DNA of 63,181 bases, counting the filler, from Octopus bimaculoides (taxonomy: Eukaryota), in the NCBI RefSeq assembly GCF_001194135.2. It is 5 parts of 5 records of this genome, joined end to end, with 100 filler letters (N's around TTAATTAATTAA, not from the genome) between each part and the next. Parts side by side here need not be neighbours in the genome. Positions count along the whole stretch, not along the records: positions 25,851 to 54,290 come from NC_068987.1; 4 more parts are not named here. One strand, written 5' to 3'. The translations under genes were made by a program, and so were the position numbers. This document shows, one piece after another, positions 26,950 through 41,470 of the stretch (position 1 is the stretch's first letter; every line of letters starts with the position of its first letter). The notes beneath the pieces were generated by a model. It was given only the letters and a program-made list of their open reading frames with translations, did not search any database and was not told where the DNA came from.

Positions 26950-27410
26950 AATGCTTCAGTTTCAGTGCCAATGTGTGGTACTAGGGGCAAGTGTCTTCTA
27001 CAACGGTCCCAGGATGACCGAACACTTGTGAGTGGATTCTGTGGACGGAAAGTGAAAGAAGCCCGTTGTGTGTGTGTTTGTTTGTTTGTGTGTGTGTGTG
27101 TGTGTGTGTTTGTGTGTGTGTATGTGTATGTGTGATTGTGTGTGGATGCACACACACACACGCGCGCACATGTACACACGTACACACACACATGTATGGA
27201 TGCATGTGTGTATATTCACATATACATGTGTGTGTATATATAACTATATATATATATATATATATGTCGGGTTTCTTTTAGTTTCCGTCAACCTAATCCA
27301 CTCAACATCTTAGACGGCCCAGGATTATTGTTCGAGAAAGCCAAATTTCCACGCACTGTGATTGAATCCGAAAACATGTAGTTGGAAAAAAAGCTTGTTA
27401 CTACATAGCC
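26950..27410. mobile_element. two SINE family A 5' halves facing each other across CA/TG/TA microsatellite
   Basis: plus head 26950-27070 (gggcaagtgtcttcta..gaaagaagcccgt) and minus head 27245-27410; no tails. Confidence 0.65.
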
Positions 27411-30400
27411 ATGCCTATACACCTACATGCAAGCAGACACATATTTATACGTATATACATGTTAAAATATATATACACACGAATATATACAAACGTAAAT
27501 ATATACACATACACACGCACACACACATGTATATGTATGTATACATACGGAAAAAACAACCGCATCGTTTTTTGTATATTTGGACGTTTTCCGTTCTTTT
27601 TTTTTTATATTTTTATATTTCAAAATACGTTTTATACATAAAATGACCAAATATTTCGACGAAATTATCCTTGTTTTAACAAAAAACAACTATGTTTTCT
27701 TTCAAAATATATGTGAATTATTTGTAAAAATTTTCTGAAGTAGTTAGCATCATAATTAACGTATTGATAATTTATTATACAGAAAAAAAAGTTCATTTCT
27801 TCACACTAATTACCATGAACTCTATATTTTGGTATCATAAAATTTTAGAATTGTGATATTTTTTCAAATATTCTGGCACAATTTGCACGTAATTATATAA
27901 TTCTTTCAAACTTAATTAACCATAAATATTCAAAATAGTTGGATCTTTTTTAATGGGGGGTGTATTACGTAAAGAAACATGTTAAGTTTCACCCAACTTG
28001 AAAATCTCCTCCAGGCACAAAGTTTGAAAACCCCGCCGGTGTTTACTAGTACTTCTTAATTATCTCCCTTTGATACACATTCTATTGAATTGTTGCGTTT
28101 TATTCCTTTGGCAAAATCTTTTAACACTAGGTCTATGATTTCGAACCTTAATTATGTGAATTTGCAAAATCTATTGTTATCCTTATTTTTTCATAATTTT
28201 TAGACAGTATTTTCTTTGTCTTTTTATATATTTTAAATATTATTTCAACGCATACACACAGTTCTCTAGAAAATGAAAAGCTGTTTATTTTTGTTAATAT
28301 ATTATGGCTATTTCTAAATAGCAAACGTTTTCTTGAAAAAAACCGCGTCACACTTTTCTATTTATTATTTCTGAACATCCAACCATTCTTTTCAAATCAC
28401 CATTTGTGGAATAAATATATCTGTTTTAACTTTTAAACACAGTTCACACACTTTCTATTCTCTCTAAAAAACAAACATTCTAAATAATCGAACACAAATT
28501 AGCGTCATTTTCTAAGTGTCGTCTATTGTTTGATGGACTTTGTATGATGGACAAGTTTGATGCCTTGTGTTTGATAGATATTGTTTCTTTTACTAGTTTC
28601 TTTTTGTTTATTTTCCTCATTTAATCACCTCCGTATAGTTGAAAAGTTGTTGACAGAAAACAGGACTTTTTTTATATTTCTTTGTTGGTCTTTGAAAGCA
28701 ATAGAAAAGTCATGTTAAACATCAATTCATTGTGGATTCATAAAGTGAAAAACAAGTTTGAGGTTTTCAGTCTCATGTTGTATTCTTCATATTGTTTTTT
28801 TTTTCTATATTTTGTTTTTATTGTGTATGTGTGTATTTCTGGGGTTAAGGGGTTAGGGGAAGAGAATGGAAGGAGCAACCATGGGAGAGGTGAGATTCTA
28901 TTTGTAATTATGAATAGGGTTACTGGTAGCAGATTCATTTGCAAAATGCTGAAAGAACGCTAAAGGAAATTAACTGAATGTAAGGAACAACGCGTCACTG
29001 CTGTTGCATTTACAACTTCAACTGATGTGGATTTTCTCTTCAACAAATGAAGAAACAATGAATAAACCAAAAAGAAAACTCCAAACATACATTGTCCGCA
29101 CAGATTTGTTTTATTCCTTTTGTTTACCACCTTTTACATTCTGCTTTACTATATATGTATGTATATATATATATGTATGTATGTATATACCTTTTTCTTC
29201 TTTCTTTCAGCTTCCATTTTTTTCCTTCAATCACACTGTAAGATTGTTTTAAAGAAAAGAAAAGAAGAACTTGCTTATCGTTACGCCTTCTTTTATAGAA
29301 TGTTGCTTTTCAGCTAGCCAAAAACGAACCAAATACAGCAGAAGGGGGGTAGGAGAAATACATCTTGTATACTCATTTATTTCTTCTTGGGCGTGATTAA
29401 AAAAGAAGGAAAAAGAAGAGAAAACTCGAGTAGTGTCCACTCAATTAACGACAGTTTTTTTCCCTTTCTTGGCAACCTCTCCTTCAGAATACTACAGTTG
29501 AGATGATGGTGGCACAAGTCAGATGAGTTCTGTTCCCATGAGTATTAGTCGCTTATGTTCCCTGCAGATATTTTTCTCTCCATTTCTTTTTTTCCATGGT
29601 TCTTCCTTCGAACCCTTCAACGCGTCGGTTAGGTTTCTTGTATTGAATTGGAACACGGGTTGGGAAAGAGAGTATAGGTGGTCTGGTTTGCTGAATTAGC
29701 CTGGAAGATGGCGTAGTTCCGCAGGTGTCTTTAAGTCGGTCTATAACGTACGCTACTTGTTCTTACAGATCTGCTATATCCACTTGAATTAGGGATGTTG
29801 GAATAAACGACACCATGCCTCGCTTTATTTAGGAACATACGCCACGTGCTGTCTCGCACCACCGTTAGACACTCTATTCACAAGTTGGTCGAAGATATGG
29901 AAAAAAGCGAAGCTAAATTACTGTTTGGGACCTATAGCTGGCGTGCATAGAATTTCTAACACTCCCGCCGGTTCTGAGTCCTATTAAAATGCATCTTTTC
30001 CAGCTGTTCGGACAGCCTTATTTATTTTTTTACATTTTTTTTATATTTCGTACATTGAAACTTTCTTTTTTGTCCCCCACCCCACTCCCCACTCTTTCTC
30101 ACTCTTCTTGCTTGGCACTGGGACCATTAATTTGCACGTCCCGAAATCTTTTCTTTTTCTCTTCCCACTTTGCGTTTCTTTTTCTTTTTTTCCTTTTTCT
30201 CTTTTTCTTTATAAGGTTTGTTATCAGGGTTGAATTGTTGAAGCGTTTATTGAAGAAAGAAAGTTTCGCTTTCACCTTTCGCTTTTTACCTCTTTATCTA
30301 AACTTCTTTTTTACTTTCCCTAAGTTACTTCTGTCTCCAATTATCGTTAGTAAACTCTCTCAGACACTTCTTCCCCTTCTTTTGAACACAAATGCAAACT

Positions 30401-31593
30401 CTTCCATATTTCCTTTATTAATCTCATTCACACTTGTTTTCGTTTTCATCTTTTGCATTATTGCGATTTGAATTCGTATTCTTCTCCGATAGTTTTCTTT
30501 TCACGCCTTTTTAAAAAAAAAAAAAATCTATTCTCAAATCTTTTTTTCCCTCCGTTCATTTTCATTCTTTTGTTTTCTTGTTCGTCAGTTATTCATTTTT
30601 TATTCTGCATTTGCATCTTTCTTTTTTACATGTTCGTAAAATTTGTACCTTCAACTCAACAATTGAATGCAACAAACAGCCGCACATGCGCAGCCACACT
30701 CACAAACCAGCAGTTTATGTCAAATGCAGAATGTTTTATTCAAGTTTTTCCTTCTTCTTTCAATCATATTTACTAATATTTTTTTAAATACATGCATTTA
30801 CGACTCTTAATCTTACAAATTTTAAGTGACGATTGTGTTTACACAGTAATTTTGATTTCCTTTTCTTTTCTTTTGTTAACTTTAACAGGAAGAATGTTCT
30901 TAAAATGGTTGACACAGAACATAGATAAAAGAAAGAAAATCAAAATGTTATTTCAAACTCGTTCAAACAAAAATTAGTAGATTATGGGATCACATATTAA
31001 ACGTTTAATTTGTAATTTCAAACAATTTTAATAGAATATAACAAAAACTCTCCGTAATTTGTTATCAGTTTTATTTACTAGAAATTTTGTTGTTATTTTC
31101 TCAAGAAGCGTTCGATTCTATATTCTGAGTTTATGGTTTAAATTTTAGTGTTATAAATATGAGAACTAAATTATTATTCTTGTCTTTTTAAGGAAGTGAA
31201 GCAAAAAAAAAACAAAAAAACAAACAAACATGAGAAGGATATTCTCTGTCTAAACATTTCTACATATTGAATAGAGTTACATGCAAAAGAGTCACATGAT
31301 CTTAGACTGGTAGCTAAGTTCCTCTAGTATCGATTCCTTGGGACAGATTAGAGTTCTAACAAAAAAAAATCTCTTCTTCAGCACGTGCTTAACAATTATA
31401 TTGTTTATTAAATAGAACATAGAAATAAAAATAGACTAATTAAAATTATACACTAAAATATTGAATAAGTTTGTCAAAAATAGTCAAGGAATTTCAAAAC
31501 TACAAATTTAAATTAAAAAGTTTTTACATTTTAATACAGGAAATATAAAAGGAGCTTATGAGAAGTAGTGAGCTATCAATGTCCTACTTGGGC

Positions 31594-31637
<44 letters not shown>

Positions 31638-31994
31638 CGGGTGCAGCAACATTTGCAACAGTAGTCCTCTGCCACAAATGTACTAAGTCGAACGACAACG
31701 CTTTTTCACAGATCAGTCATCGTAGTTATTACAGGTTATTGCCTACCAGAGGACTATATTGTACAACTACAAGAAGTGGTTAACCGTTTGATCTGCTGTG
31801 CCACTGTCTGAACATATTGTATACTGTCCACTGTCCACTGTCCACCCGATTTTAATACACCTGTAGATCCTGGTAATAACCATAACATAGGTATAAGTGC
31901 TCAATTCTGCGAGAACGCTATAGATGCTTTTCTCTAGCGTTATCTTTGATTATGTTTATACCGACATAATGTTTGGTGCCAGTGTCCAAAGTGT

Positions 31995-32445
31995 CCAAAG
32001 TAGGAAGGTACGCATCCTGGCAGAGACCTTGGATTTAGGTCTCACTTGGCTCGCCGGGTCTTCTCACGCACAGCATATTTCCAAAGGTCTCGGTCAGAAG
32101 TCATTGCTTCGGTGATGCCCAATGTTCGAAGGTCATGCCTCACCACCTCATCCCAGGTCTTCCTGAGCCTACCTCTTCCACAGGTTCCATCAACTGCTAG
32201 GGTGTGGCACTTTTTTACACAACTATCCTCATCCATTCTCACCACATGCCCATACCAGCGCAATCGTCTCTCTTGCACATCACAGCTGATGCTTCTTAGG
32301 TTCAGCTTTTCTATCAAGGTACTTACACTCTGTCTAGTATGCACACAGACATTACACATCCATCGGAGCATACTAGCTTCATTCCTTGTGAGCCTACGCA
32401 TGTCCTCAGCAGTTACAGCCCATGTCTCACTGCCATGAAGCATGG
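31995..32445 (-). mobile_element. RTE-clade LINE 3' fragment (5'-truncated)
   Basis: ORF 32042-32443 MLHGSETWAV...RRLRWYGHVVRM...GRGRLRKTWDEVV is the typical RTE ORF C-terminus. Confidence 0.9.
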
Positions 32446-32889
32446 CTAATCCTTTCTACTATAAGCAGAAGGCCTGAAACTTGGTGGGAAGAGCCTAGGA
32501 GACTAGTCGATTACATCGACCCCTGAAAGGATGAAAGGTAAATTCGACCTCAGTGGAAATATAATAGAACTGACAGACAGTATAACCCCACTCCGTGGAC
32601 ACAATGTCAACAACATCACAATATTGGATACTGTGCGACGTCTCAAATGATGATGATAACAACATCAACAACAATAATGGCCCAAGGCCTTCAACTTCAG
32701 AGGAGGGGGGAAAGTCGATTACATCAAACACAGTGTTCAATTGGTACTTTCTTTATCAATCCTGGAAGCATAAAAAGCAAAGTCTACATCGGTGGGATTT
32801 GAACTTGGAACTAAAAAACGCACAAAATGTCGCTAAGCATTTTGTCTGACGTGCTATCGATTCTGCCAGTTCGTCACCTTGGTACACGC

Positions 32890-33530
32890 TGTGAATTCCC
32901 TGATGATGTCCACGCTTACTACCCACCCTTGCATCATCCAAACAGCCTACCCGCACCAATTTCATGGACAGAAACCGTGAAAGTGTCCTCCAATGCGGAT
33001 ACGATAATTTTGTGTACTTCATCAGCAGCAAAACGAAACAGTTCTCACATCGAGCAAATATCATTGCGCCCTCACCCTCATTCATGATCAGCATGCAACT
33101 GGAACCCCCAGGATAGCTTCAAATATTGAGCTTACTCCGAGCATCCCAATGACTGTCTTTTCTCTTCTAGATCAGAAAGTATTTAATTCTCAACTACTAG
33201 TGACGCCCTACTAAGCTCAGGTAAGGATTAAAATAGAACATTACTTTTCCAGAAAAGAGTCATCCGACTGATTGGTGTAAACGCATAGACATTCTTCACC
33301 GTAAGCACCACAAGTGCGATATCTACTTTCTCTTTCCTTTCTAAGACTAATATAATGGCCGCTGATCTTCGAAGTTGGCTGGGTTCATACCATATCCTCT
33401 GGGCATTCTCGATACACATCTTTTTTCACATTACCATTATTGTACCTAACATCTCAGATCCTGCGCTAACCACTATGCTGTCTTTCCACATAGATACTGG
33501 TTTGCAATAGTTCAAGAGAGACATTAATAG
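32890..33530 (+). mobile_element. decayed CR1-like LINE RT C-terminal fragment
   Basis: FPDD (YADD-like), QLLVTPY*AQVRIKIEHY (~LYKAQVRPxMEY) and FQKRVIRLIG across frameshifts. Confidence 0.6.
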
Positions 33531-33949
33531 CTTCATTCTCGCAGCTGGTAGAGGGCTTCCGAGGGCTTCCGAGGGCTACAGGCACTGCCTCTTTGTCAAG
33601 AGACAATTAGTAGAAAATGTCTCAAATAGGCTTATATGAGGTACTATCACAACCGACAGATGAAATGTCATATGAGTGACCTCCCTCTTCGACCATGATA
33701 ACGATGGTATTCTATGGATAGGATTCGTGATCTCTACGGAGTAGTGAAAAACAAGCGAGAAAGGCAATGACGGTGAGAACAATATTACAATCAACTCGGA
33801 GGGTCGAACACAGATTTTAGTTGACTAATGCTAGATTGTTTTCCTGTTTAGAGGCTTTTGCGCCGTGAATAGACTAAATGGCCACCAATTGTAGGTATTT
33901 CGATACATATATTTGGTCTCTCACGGTCTTAACTTTCCATCACATGAAG

Positions 33950-35370
33950 AGAAATGTAGTCTTTGCAGAGAGAAGGACTAGAAAATATGTCTGACAAACA
34001 ACAAATACATTTAATCACCGTCCACCAAAGAAGCTCTGCAGATATCAAAATGCATACAGAGTCATCATCAACCACGGTTTCTCAAGCCCTCTAAGACTTG
34101 GGTGTTGATAATTGATAAAAATTGTGGCCAGCAAAAAACTGACCTTCCTATGAACAAAATAGGAGTCCTCTGTCGTCTGGTCAGACGCAATATGGTGAGA
34201 GGCACATTTTTTATGCTTTTACTGCGATAACTATGGGTGTTAGCTGCATATTTACCGAATAAGATGAGGGCAGCCAATATCAGCTTAAGCAGACAACGAA
34301 ATTGATGTGCTTAGCTTCTTGCTCGGTTCATATCTCCAGCTAGATAGGAAATGGGATGAGGTGACAAGAAGTTTGGTTAGTCTTATCCAGAAATAGCCTG
34401 AATGGTGCTATGCATAAAAGCCTGGGAGGGTGGCGAACGTGTACATCATCTTTCTGACTTATTACCACCTGACCGTTGTGTCTTACTACAGTCTTGATTT
34501 CACCACGTTGGATCAATTGTGATTCTCTTTCTTGGAAGGACACATCCAACCAGTTACAGTGTTCCTCTACTGCCACCATCTTTTACTCGGATCACTTGTG
34601 ATGTTGTGGTCTACGTCGGCATGTGATGGTGCTGTGACATTTGCAAAAGTTTCCATAAGCGTATATATGTATGGTCGCAGTGTGTCAGGCATGGTTTTCT
34701 ATTGGTAGTCATTTTGGATGAGTGCCAGTTCTAGGATTTAATAAACCTTTTAGAAGGCACTAATTATGTACTTGCAAGGGAGCGCAAGCAGATCGACGGG
34801 TCTAAGTAGCAGAGGTACAGCATATTGTCCACTTCCAAGTAGGTACATGCGATTTTACAGCAGCGTTTTATGGAACTGTTTGCGGTGAGAAGTGAGATGA
34901 AGTGAATAGGAAATTTGATGTCAAGCTGATGGCTTGTCACAAATTTTGGTCGAAGATGCCAATCGCTGAGAAGAACCGACTTTAGCGGTTAAAATAACGC
35001 ACATGTTGAGCAGCAGTAAGATCTGCAAATCGCCTGGTCTGGATGATCAACTCTGCAAACTTTATAGTAACGTCAGATTTGTCCTGTTCCTGCTGGAATT
35101 ATAGAAGTTAGCAGCTTAGGTGAACAGAAGGTGACGTTGTTAGGGAAGGCCCGGAGCAAGGGGGACATGGCAGACAACTTTAGTCCCGTAACTCTGTAAC
35201 ACATTTCGATGAAGTGATGCCCAAAGTTGGTGCTTGATTTTGGTAGTACAGTCTAAAACGCGCAAACGTGTGGGATGTCTGTTAGACCTCTTCCCTACAT
35301 CATCCACTTAATGGGTTGGGACAGACATGGCTTCGATGAGGTTCTGTTTAGTTTAGATCAGTAGAAACTT
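33950..35370 (+). mobile_element. decayed L1/Tx1-like ORF2 (endonuclease end to start of RT)
   Basis: YSDH-like endonuclease motif ~34580; KSPGLDD, DNFSPVTL, AQTC and LFSLDQ*K (~LDQSKAF) in correct order; many stops. Confidence 0.75.
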
Positions 35371-35487
35371 AATACTTAATGTAAGAGTCTACTTTTAATA
35401 TGATATTTTGTAGATGGCTGTAGTTAAACTGTGGCCTTTCGCAACTAGTCTCAAACTAGTCCTCAACTTTCTGAATATTTCCTCGCG

Positions 35488-35555
<68 letters not shown>

Positions 35556-35559
35556 CATT

Positions 35560-35750
35560 AAGGCAGCGAGCCGGACAAAATGCTTAGTGACATTTCATCC
35601 GTCTTTACGTTCAGTTCAAATTCCGCTGATATTGACTTTGCCTTTCATCCTTTCGGGGTCGATAAAATAAGTACCAGTTGCGCACCGCGGTCGATGTAAT
35701 CGACTAGTCCCCTCCCCCAAATTTCAGGCCTTTAGTAGAAAGAATTATTA
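35560..35750 (+). mobile_element. SINE family B after (ATT)n
   Basis: aaggcagcgagc..gttcaaattccg..gcctttcatcctttcggggtcgataaaataagtacc. Confidence 0.85.
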
Positions 35751-36329
35751 TTCACATTGCGGCAGCGAATTGGCAGAATCTTTAGAACATCGAACAAAAT
35801 GTTTAGCAGCATTTCTTTCAGCCCTATGTAAAACTTTCTGATTTCAAGTTCAACAGTGGTCGAATTTGCCTTTTATCATTCCGAGATCGATAAGATGAAG
35901 TAGCAGTGAACTAGCTGAATCTATGCAATGGACTAAGCCCTTTCTCAAATAGTGCCGGCCTTGTTTCAAAATTTGAAACAAGAAATTATCATTTTCTTTA
36001 TTCCTGTGTGACCATCATACCACCTTAGCTCCATTTAAGTTTTCAATCAATTATTGAAATAATTCGGAGATTTCTGCACCGCATAAGATTTGCTACTTTT
36101 CTTACAGCTCATTTCGTTGCAAAGTTGACTAAGAACTGGGAGTAGTGGCCGTCTACCAGTTAGGCCCTCTTATAGGGCCGAATTTGTTGAAACTTTTCCT
36201 GAAATGTCTGTCTTGGAAATTTAAAAAACAAATGGCGTCGAAGCTGACAGATCACGAGGAAGAATAAAGGTTTAAGGAAACCAAGCAGAGCATTTATCTA
36301 TTAAAGGGAAATCTTTTTTTTTTTTTAAT

Positions 36330-37790
36330 GGAAGATGAAAACGTATGCAAGTTTTCCATGCTAATTTCAGAAATGCACATTAGCAGCAACATTGGCAAAG
36401 CCACAAGTAGCATCGACCGAAACACTGTCAAAGACGCCATCATCTGTATCAGCGCCACCAACATCAGTGTGGTAGTGATGGTAACACTATTACTGTTATC
36501 AGGAAGCTTAACGCGGTCAGAGGTGAGACGGTTTCCACAGATGGTACCACCATCCAATCCGTCGACAGCATTCGGAGCAGCAACAACGCTACCACCACTA
36601 TTGCCACCGGCACCAACAGTAGTAAGAAGAAGAACAACAACAATAGCAACAACAACAACAACAACACTACCACAGCCATCATCACCGCCAACAGAAATAG
36701 CAACAGGGAGAATGCCGTATCGCCCATCGCCTTCACTAGAGTCAAGTAGAGTGCGGCGTCTGTTTTGTCATGATCATCATCGGCAACAGCGTCGATATCA
36801 ATTGCAACAACGCCAACAACAATCTCGACTAACTTCATCAAAAGCAACACTTTTGTCATCACCATCGCCACCAGTATAAACAAAGCCATCTCTTTTGCCG
36901 GATCCATACAATTCTGAATGGAACAGTCACTGACGAATAATGAAGGCTTCGGGCAAAAATACAACGCTTGCATTGTTTAGCTTGACATGTTAGCCCTGCC
37001 AGAGGGAGAAACCGAACAGACGAAGGGACAGATCATACAGCATAAATATATCAACCATAAAATCAGGAACAAAGTTGACAACCCTATTCCTCTATAAGCT
37101 AGAAGTTGCCCGAAGGATGCGTGAGGGACCATATGACACATCAAAAGAGGAAGGCAATATGGGGCAGTGACAGCCTTGCTTTCCATGAAGAAGAGACCAA
37201 GAAAATAGCAACAAAAGCCTACCCCTTCGAGGAATATAAGGAATATATATAATTGACAATGCTACTCTTGTATAGGCCGAAAAATGCCTGAAGGTCGCAT
37301 GGTATGCCATATGACATATGAAGAACGGGAGGCAATATGGAACGGTGGTAGCCTTGTGCTCAATAAAGAAGAGGCCAAGAAAATAGCAACAACAGCATGC
37401 TCGAGTATATATACATATATTATGACCATTTTGTATAGCTCGGCAAGTAACTAAGGCGACAAACAATGATGCACCACCTGACATAAACATTCATGTCTTA
37501 GTAATCATATTGAATGATCATGGACATGTGATCCCCTCCAGGTCAACTTCTCATCGGAACTAGTCGGAGGTTAAAATAGAGAGTCACATTATGTTCACCC
37601 CTGCAAACTTCTGGGAATCATCGATAGAGAAGGAGTGCCAGGTGTTAGACATATAGCAGCTCCAATCACCAGAAGAATTTCTGTCCTCAGGCCAATGGAG
37701 TGAAACGACCCTTGCTACCTATGCTATGACCACAAAATACACAGCAGTAGAAACTGCAGCAACAGAAGCACTGAAAACTTAAGCAGTTGA
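36330..37790 (+). mobile_element. decayed LINE ORF1/gag-like region with P/T-rich stretch and CCHC-like knuckle
   Basis: frameshifted P/S/T-rich ORF; CYLCYDHKIHSSRNC (Cx2Cx5Hx4C) near 37710-37760; internal 178-bp duplication. Confidence 0.4.
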
Positions 37791-38450
37791 GATAGACATC
37801 TAACAAGAGTTGGTGAACAAGTAAAGAAGCTGGAATCGGATCTTTGCACCATTTCACTTACTCCTTGAAGATTTCCTGAAAATCTTCCAAGTCGGTATCG
37901 AGCTCCACAGCCTGTCATAACTTTGGCACAAAGATGTATATATCCGCTTGGAATCATCAGTTACAACATGCTCTTTGTAATCTGTTAAAAAAAACCATGT
38001 CACTCATCGGTTACCATTATATTTCTTTATCAGCTGGGTCCATCGTACGCTTTTAGTGTCTGCGTTCCTTGGCACATTGAGCCTCTTTGCTTGAAGAAAA
38101 GATTAATAGATATTCTCGTCGCTTCTATTTGTTTGCGAAATCATTTCTATCCTTCTATCATTCTATCCTTAGCTGTCCTTTTATTCTGATGTGTCCTGTT
38201 TGCACTTCCTCTCTGCATATTATTGAGTCTTCTCTAATTTTTCTTTTCAAGCCTGCTCACCACCTGTTGTTCTACAGTTGTTAATAGCTGTCAGAAATTC
38301 CCTTAAAAAAATCTCGCTAAATCGTACTCTGAAGGCTTACCCTTGGTGTAAACGACGCGTACAGTTTTCAGCAACCGAATCACAATCAAAATGTCGTACT
38401 CACACTGGCTGTACAGATACCTGTTGACTCATACTCATGTAAATCATTAT
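37790..38450 (-). mobile_element. possible decayed RTE ORF (inter-domain region)
   Basis: FANK*KRRE..QCAKERR and ..SEMVQRS fragments resemble the RTE tether and start of RT. Confidence 0.35.
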
Positions 38451-38646
38451 ACATCAGTGACAAGAAGGAAGGTGTCTATTGTTCAATGAGAATAACCAGA
38501 ACATGTCCATAGTTGTCACGTTTACTTACCAAAATGAAACTGAATAAATATTTATCAGTGAGTTAATGATTTCTTTTCGTCACTGCATAATTAACATTAA
38601 TCAATTTGATTTTTAATCTCAAAATATTAATGGTGCTAACTGTTAC

Positions 38647-38718
38647 TTTCGCACCGATGGCGTTCTGGTATAATTTGTTTCCCTTCATTTTCGCTATGAT
38701 CTCTTCCCCTGTACGATA
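38647..38718 (-). CDS. candidate 72-bp exon
   Basis: ttattttatttgtgaacag acceptor and GTAACA donor; open frames YRTGEEIIAKMKGNKLYQNAIGAK (phase 0) or SYRGRDHSENEGKQIIPERHRCE (phase 1). Confidence 0.2.
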
Positions 38719-39498
38719 CTGTTCACAAATAAAATAATTCTTTCATCATTAACCTGTGTAGGGTACCTTAGTTCTTCATCCAGGATGTCTAATAATACCA
38801 AAGTTTACCAAGAGTTTCGGCCCATATGCAGATCTAATTAATAATGGTCATTGAATTTTTCTTCTCACCAGATAAATATTTCTTAATGAGACTTGATTCA
38901 CCATTACATTGAGTACCATCATTCCAAATTATTTTACTTGTTATATTCATTTTATATCGCACTTGATGAAAAATAAATGTCATTGGTTGCTGGTTTCCAG
39001 CGGATCATTTATTACATCACTGAATTTCCGGTGGTGAGAGTAATAGACGACTGATCGAAAAGATATTATTGTTAATCTATTAGATAGATCTCCCCCCCCC
39101 CAACTACATTAAATATGAAGGGCCTAACATGACTACGGCTTTACTTGCAGCTCATCCCTGGATAATTTTCTTCGGTAATTTTCCTTTCATTACATTACCA
39201 AATGTGTCGCTTCCGCTCCATGATAGTAGATGATATTTTAAGAAGTATTTGGTTGCTATTTCTAGACGGTCGAGCGACTACGTGGTCGTGGGGTGGGTGG
39301 ATCCTCAGCAATATATAGAAATAGTGATTAGCTAATACTATAACCCATTAGCATCTAGTCACCATTGTTATGTATCCTCACTGCGGGCAGTACTTCAATG
39401 ACATCATTGCTTGGGTTGTTCTCCGAAGCTTTTAACAGTTAGGATGCAACATGTTCTCAGTACTCGCAAGTTGCTTTAACACTCGATAATTTTAGGGG

Positions 39499-39935
39499 AA
39501 GGCCGCGAGTTGGCAGAATTGTTAGCATGTCGGACAAAATGCCTAGCGAAATTTGTTTCGGCTCTATACATCGCTAAAGTTAACTGTGCCTTTCGTCTCT
39601 TCGGGGTCGATAAAATGAAGTACCAGTCAAATACAATCGACTGGTTCTTTCTCCTCAAAACTTCTGTCATTGAATCTTGCAACGGACTTTTCGGAGGGAA
39701 TATTGTGATCCCAACTTGATTTGGTGGTGAGGGTGTTGGACTCATGCTCTTAAGATTGTGGTTTCGATTAATGGCCCAGTCGACGCCTTGATTCTTGAGT
39801 AAAACACTTCATTTGACGTTGCTGCAGTCTTCTCAGCTGGCAAAAATGAGTAATTCTGCGACGGACCGGCGTCTCGTCCAGGTGGGGAAGATATATACAC
39901 CAGGAAACCGGGAAACCGACCCTTATGAGTCGGTA
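39499..39935 (+). mobile_element. SINE family B (39499-39640) and family D (39745-39935) fragments
   Basis: family-diagnostic motifs. Confidence 0.75.
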
Positions 39936-41470
39936 TGACTCGAGAATGTTACTAACATGTTTAACTTTATCTCATGGAGACAGGGTAACCGGCTTTATGA
40001 GTCCTAGGGACCAGGAAAAATATAAAAAGAAAAATATTGGTGGTGGGAAGCCTCTGTGTGTTATTGACCTACTAGGAATTTAGTCAAATCTCCCCTTTAA
40101 TCCTACCTCACAATCTCAACAAAATTAAGCCGCTGTAGTGCAGGTTTACACGATATCTAAACCCCTAAAATTCTAATTTTGGCGTAAGAAAATCAATTTT
40201 GAGGGTAGTGGGAAGTTAAGTACATTAATCCCAAAGCTGAACTGGTCCTTTTTTTTTTTGCCGACCCCAAAATGATGAAAGGTAAACTCGACTTCAGCAA
40301 AATAGTCAAGGGTTGAATGTTTTTGATCTTAGCTCAGTTCGATTAGAATTTACTTGGACTTAAACGATAACGATTTACGAGAAGCATATTACAAACGGTC
40401 CCTGTTATTGTTAAATATCTTGGCGATGGCGTCGATTCAACAAAACTGGTGGTGACAGTGTATGAATTGCTCGACTTGTCGATATCTATGTGATGTTGAT
40501 AGATCATCATCATCATCATCATCATCATCACCATCATCATTATCATACCACCGTCGCCACCGTCGTCGTCGCCGCCGCCGCCGCCGCCACCGCCGCCACC
40601 ACCATCAGCATCGCCGNNNNNNNNNNNNNNNNNNNNNNNNNNNNNNNNNNNNNNNNNNNNNNNNNNNNNNNNNNNNNNNNNNNNNNNNNNNNNNNNNNNN
40701 NNNNNNNCCACCACCACCATCACCACCAGCACAAATATGCGAAGGTAACTGAATCGATAAAGCAATAGTACATGGCTAAGACCTCTCAGCAATTGAATGT
40801 GCAACCTCTTTCAACATTAATTTCCCCATCATTTTTATTGAATGATTTCATTTCGAAAGAAATACCAATATTAAGAGAGAATTGATATAATAATGCACCA
40901 TCAAGGTCTACCAGACAGGAGTCGACAGATAGGGATCTACAAAAACTTATGCGAGGTTAAATGAGGAATTTCTTTCATTCTTGTTGTATCTAACAGACGC
41001 CATTTTGAGCATATAGATCAGCCCTTCAATCTATTTAAACATGTTTTTGATTACTGTTAACACATAGACATCAGAGCATTTAGAAATTGCATAGAGTTAT
41101 CTCCTTCAAGCCCTCTGGAGAAGAGTTTATTACACATCATTCGTTCAAGCTCCTAGAAACCCAAAATCAAATAGGGAACCAATGAGCTGAAGCACATTAA
41201 TATCCTATCTTCAGTGCTTGGTCTTGTTGCACTACACATTGTCTATCTTGAACCGCAGAGAAAGCCAGACGTTACATCTGATTGAAGGAAGAAGACGTGT
41301 GGTGTAGCAAGCTCGAGCATTGACGATTATAGAAATATGTGACCTAGGATGGCAACACGTGACTCCACAAAGTCCGTACTGTTGTGCAGTAATTTCGTGG
41401 TCTATATCTGTAGGTGGTCTTGGGCAGCTCTAGTATCGCAGTGTAAAGATCTGAAATATCTAGACGACTC

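Noticed and set aside
36328-36879. 183-aa P/T/Q-rich ORF as a host gene
   Set aside because: Low complexity, frameshifted against flanking open stretches, and contiguous with a decayed retroelement ORF1-like region.
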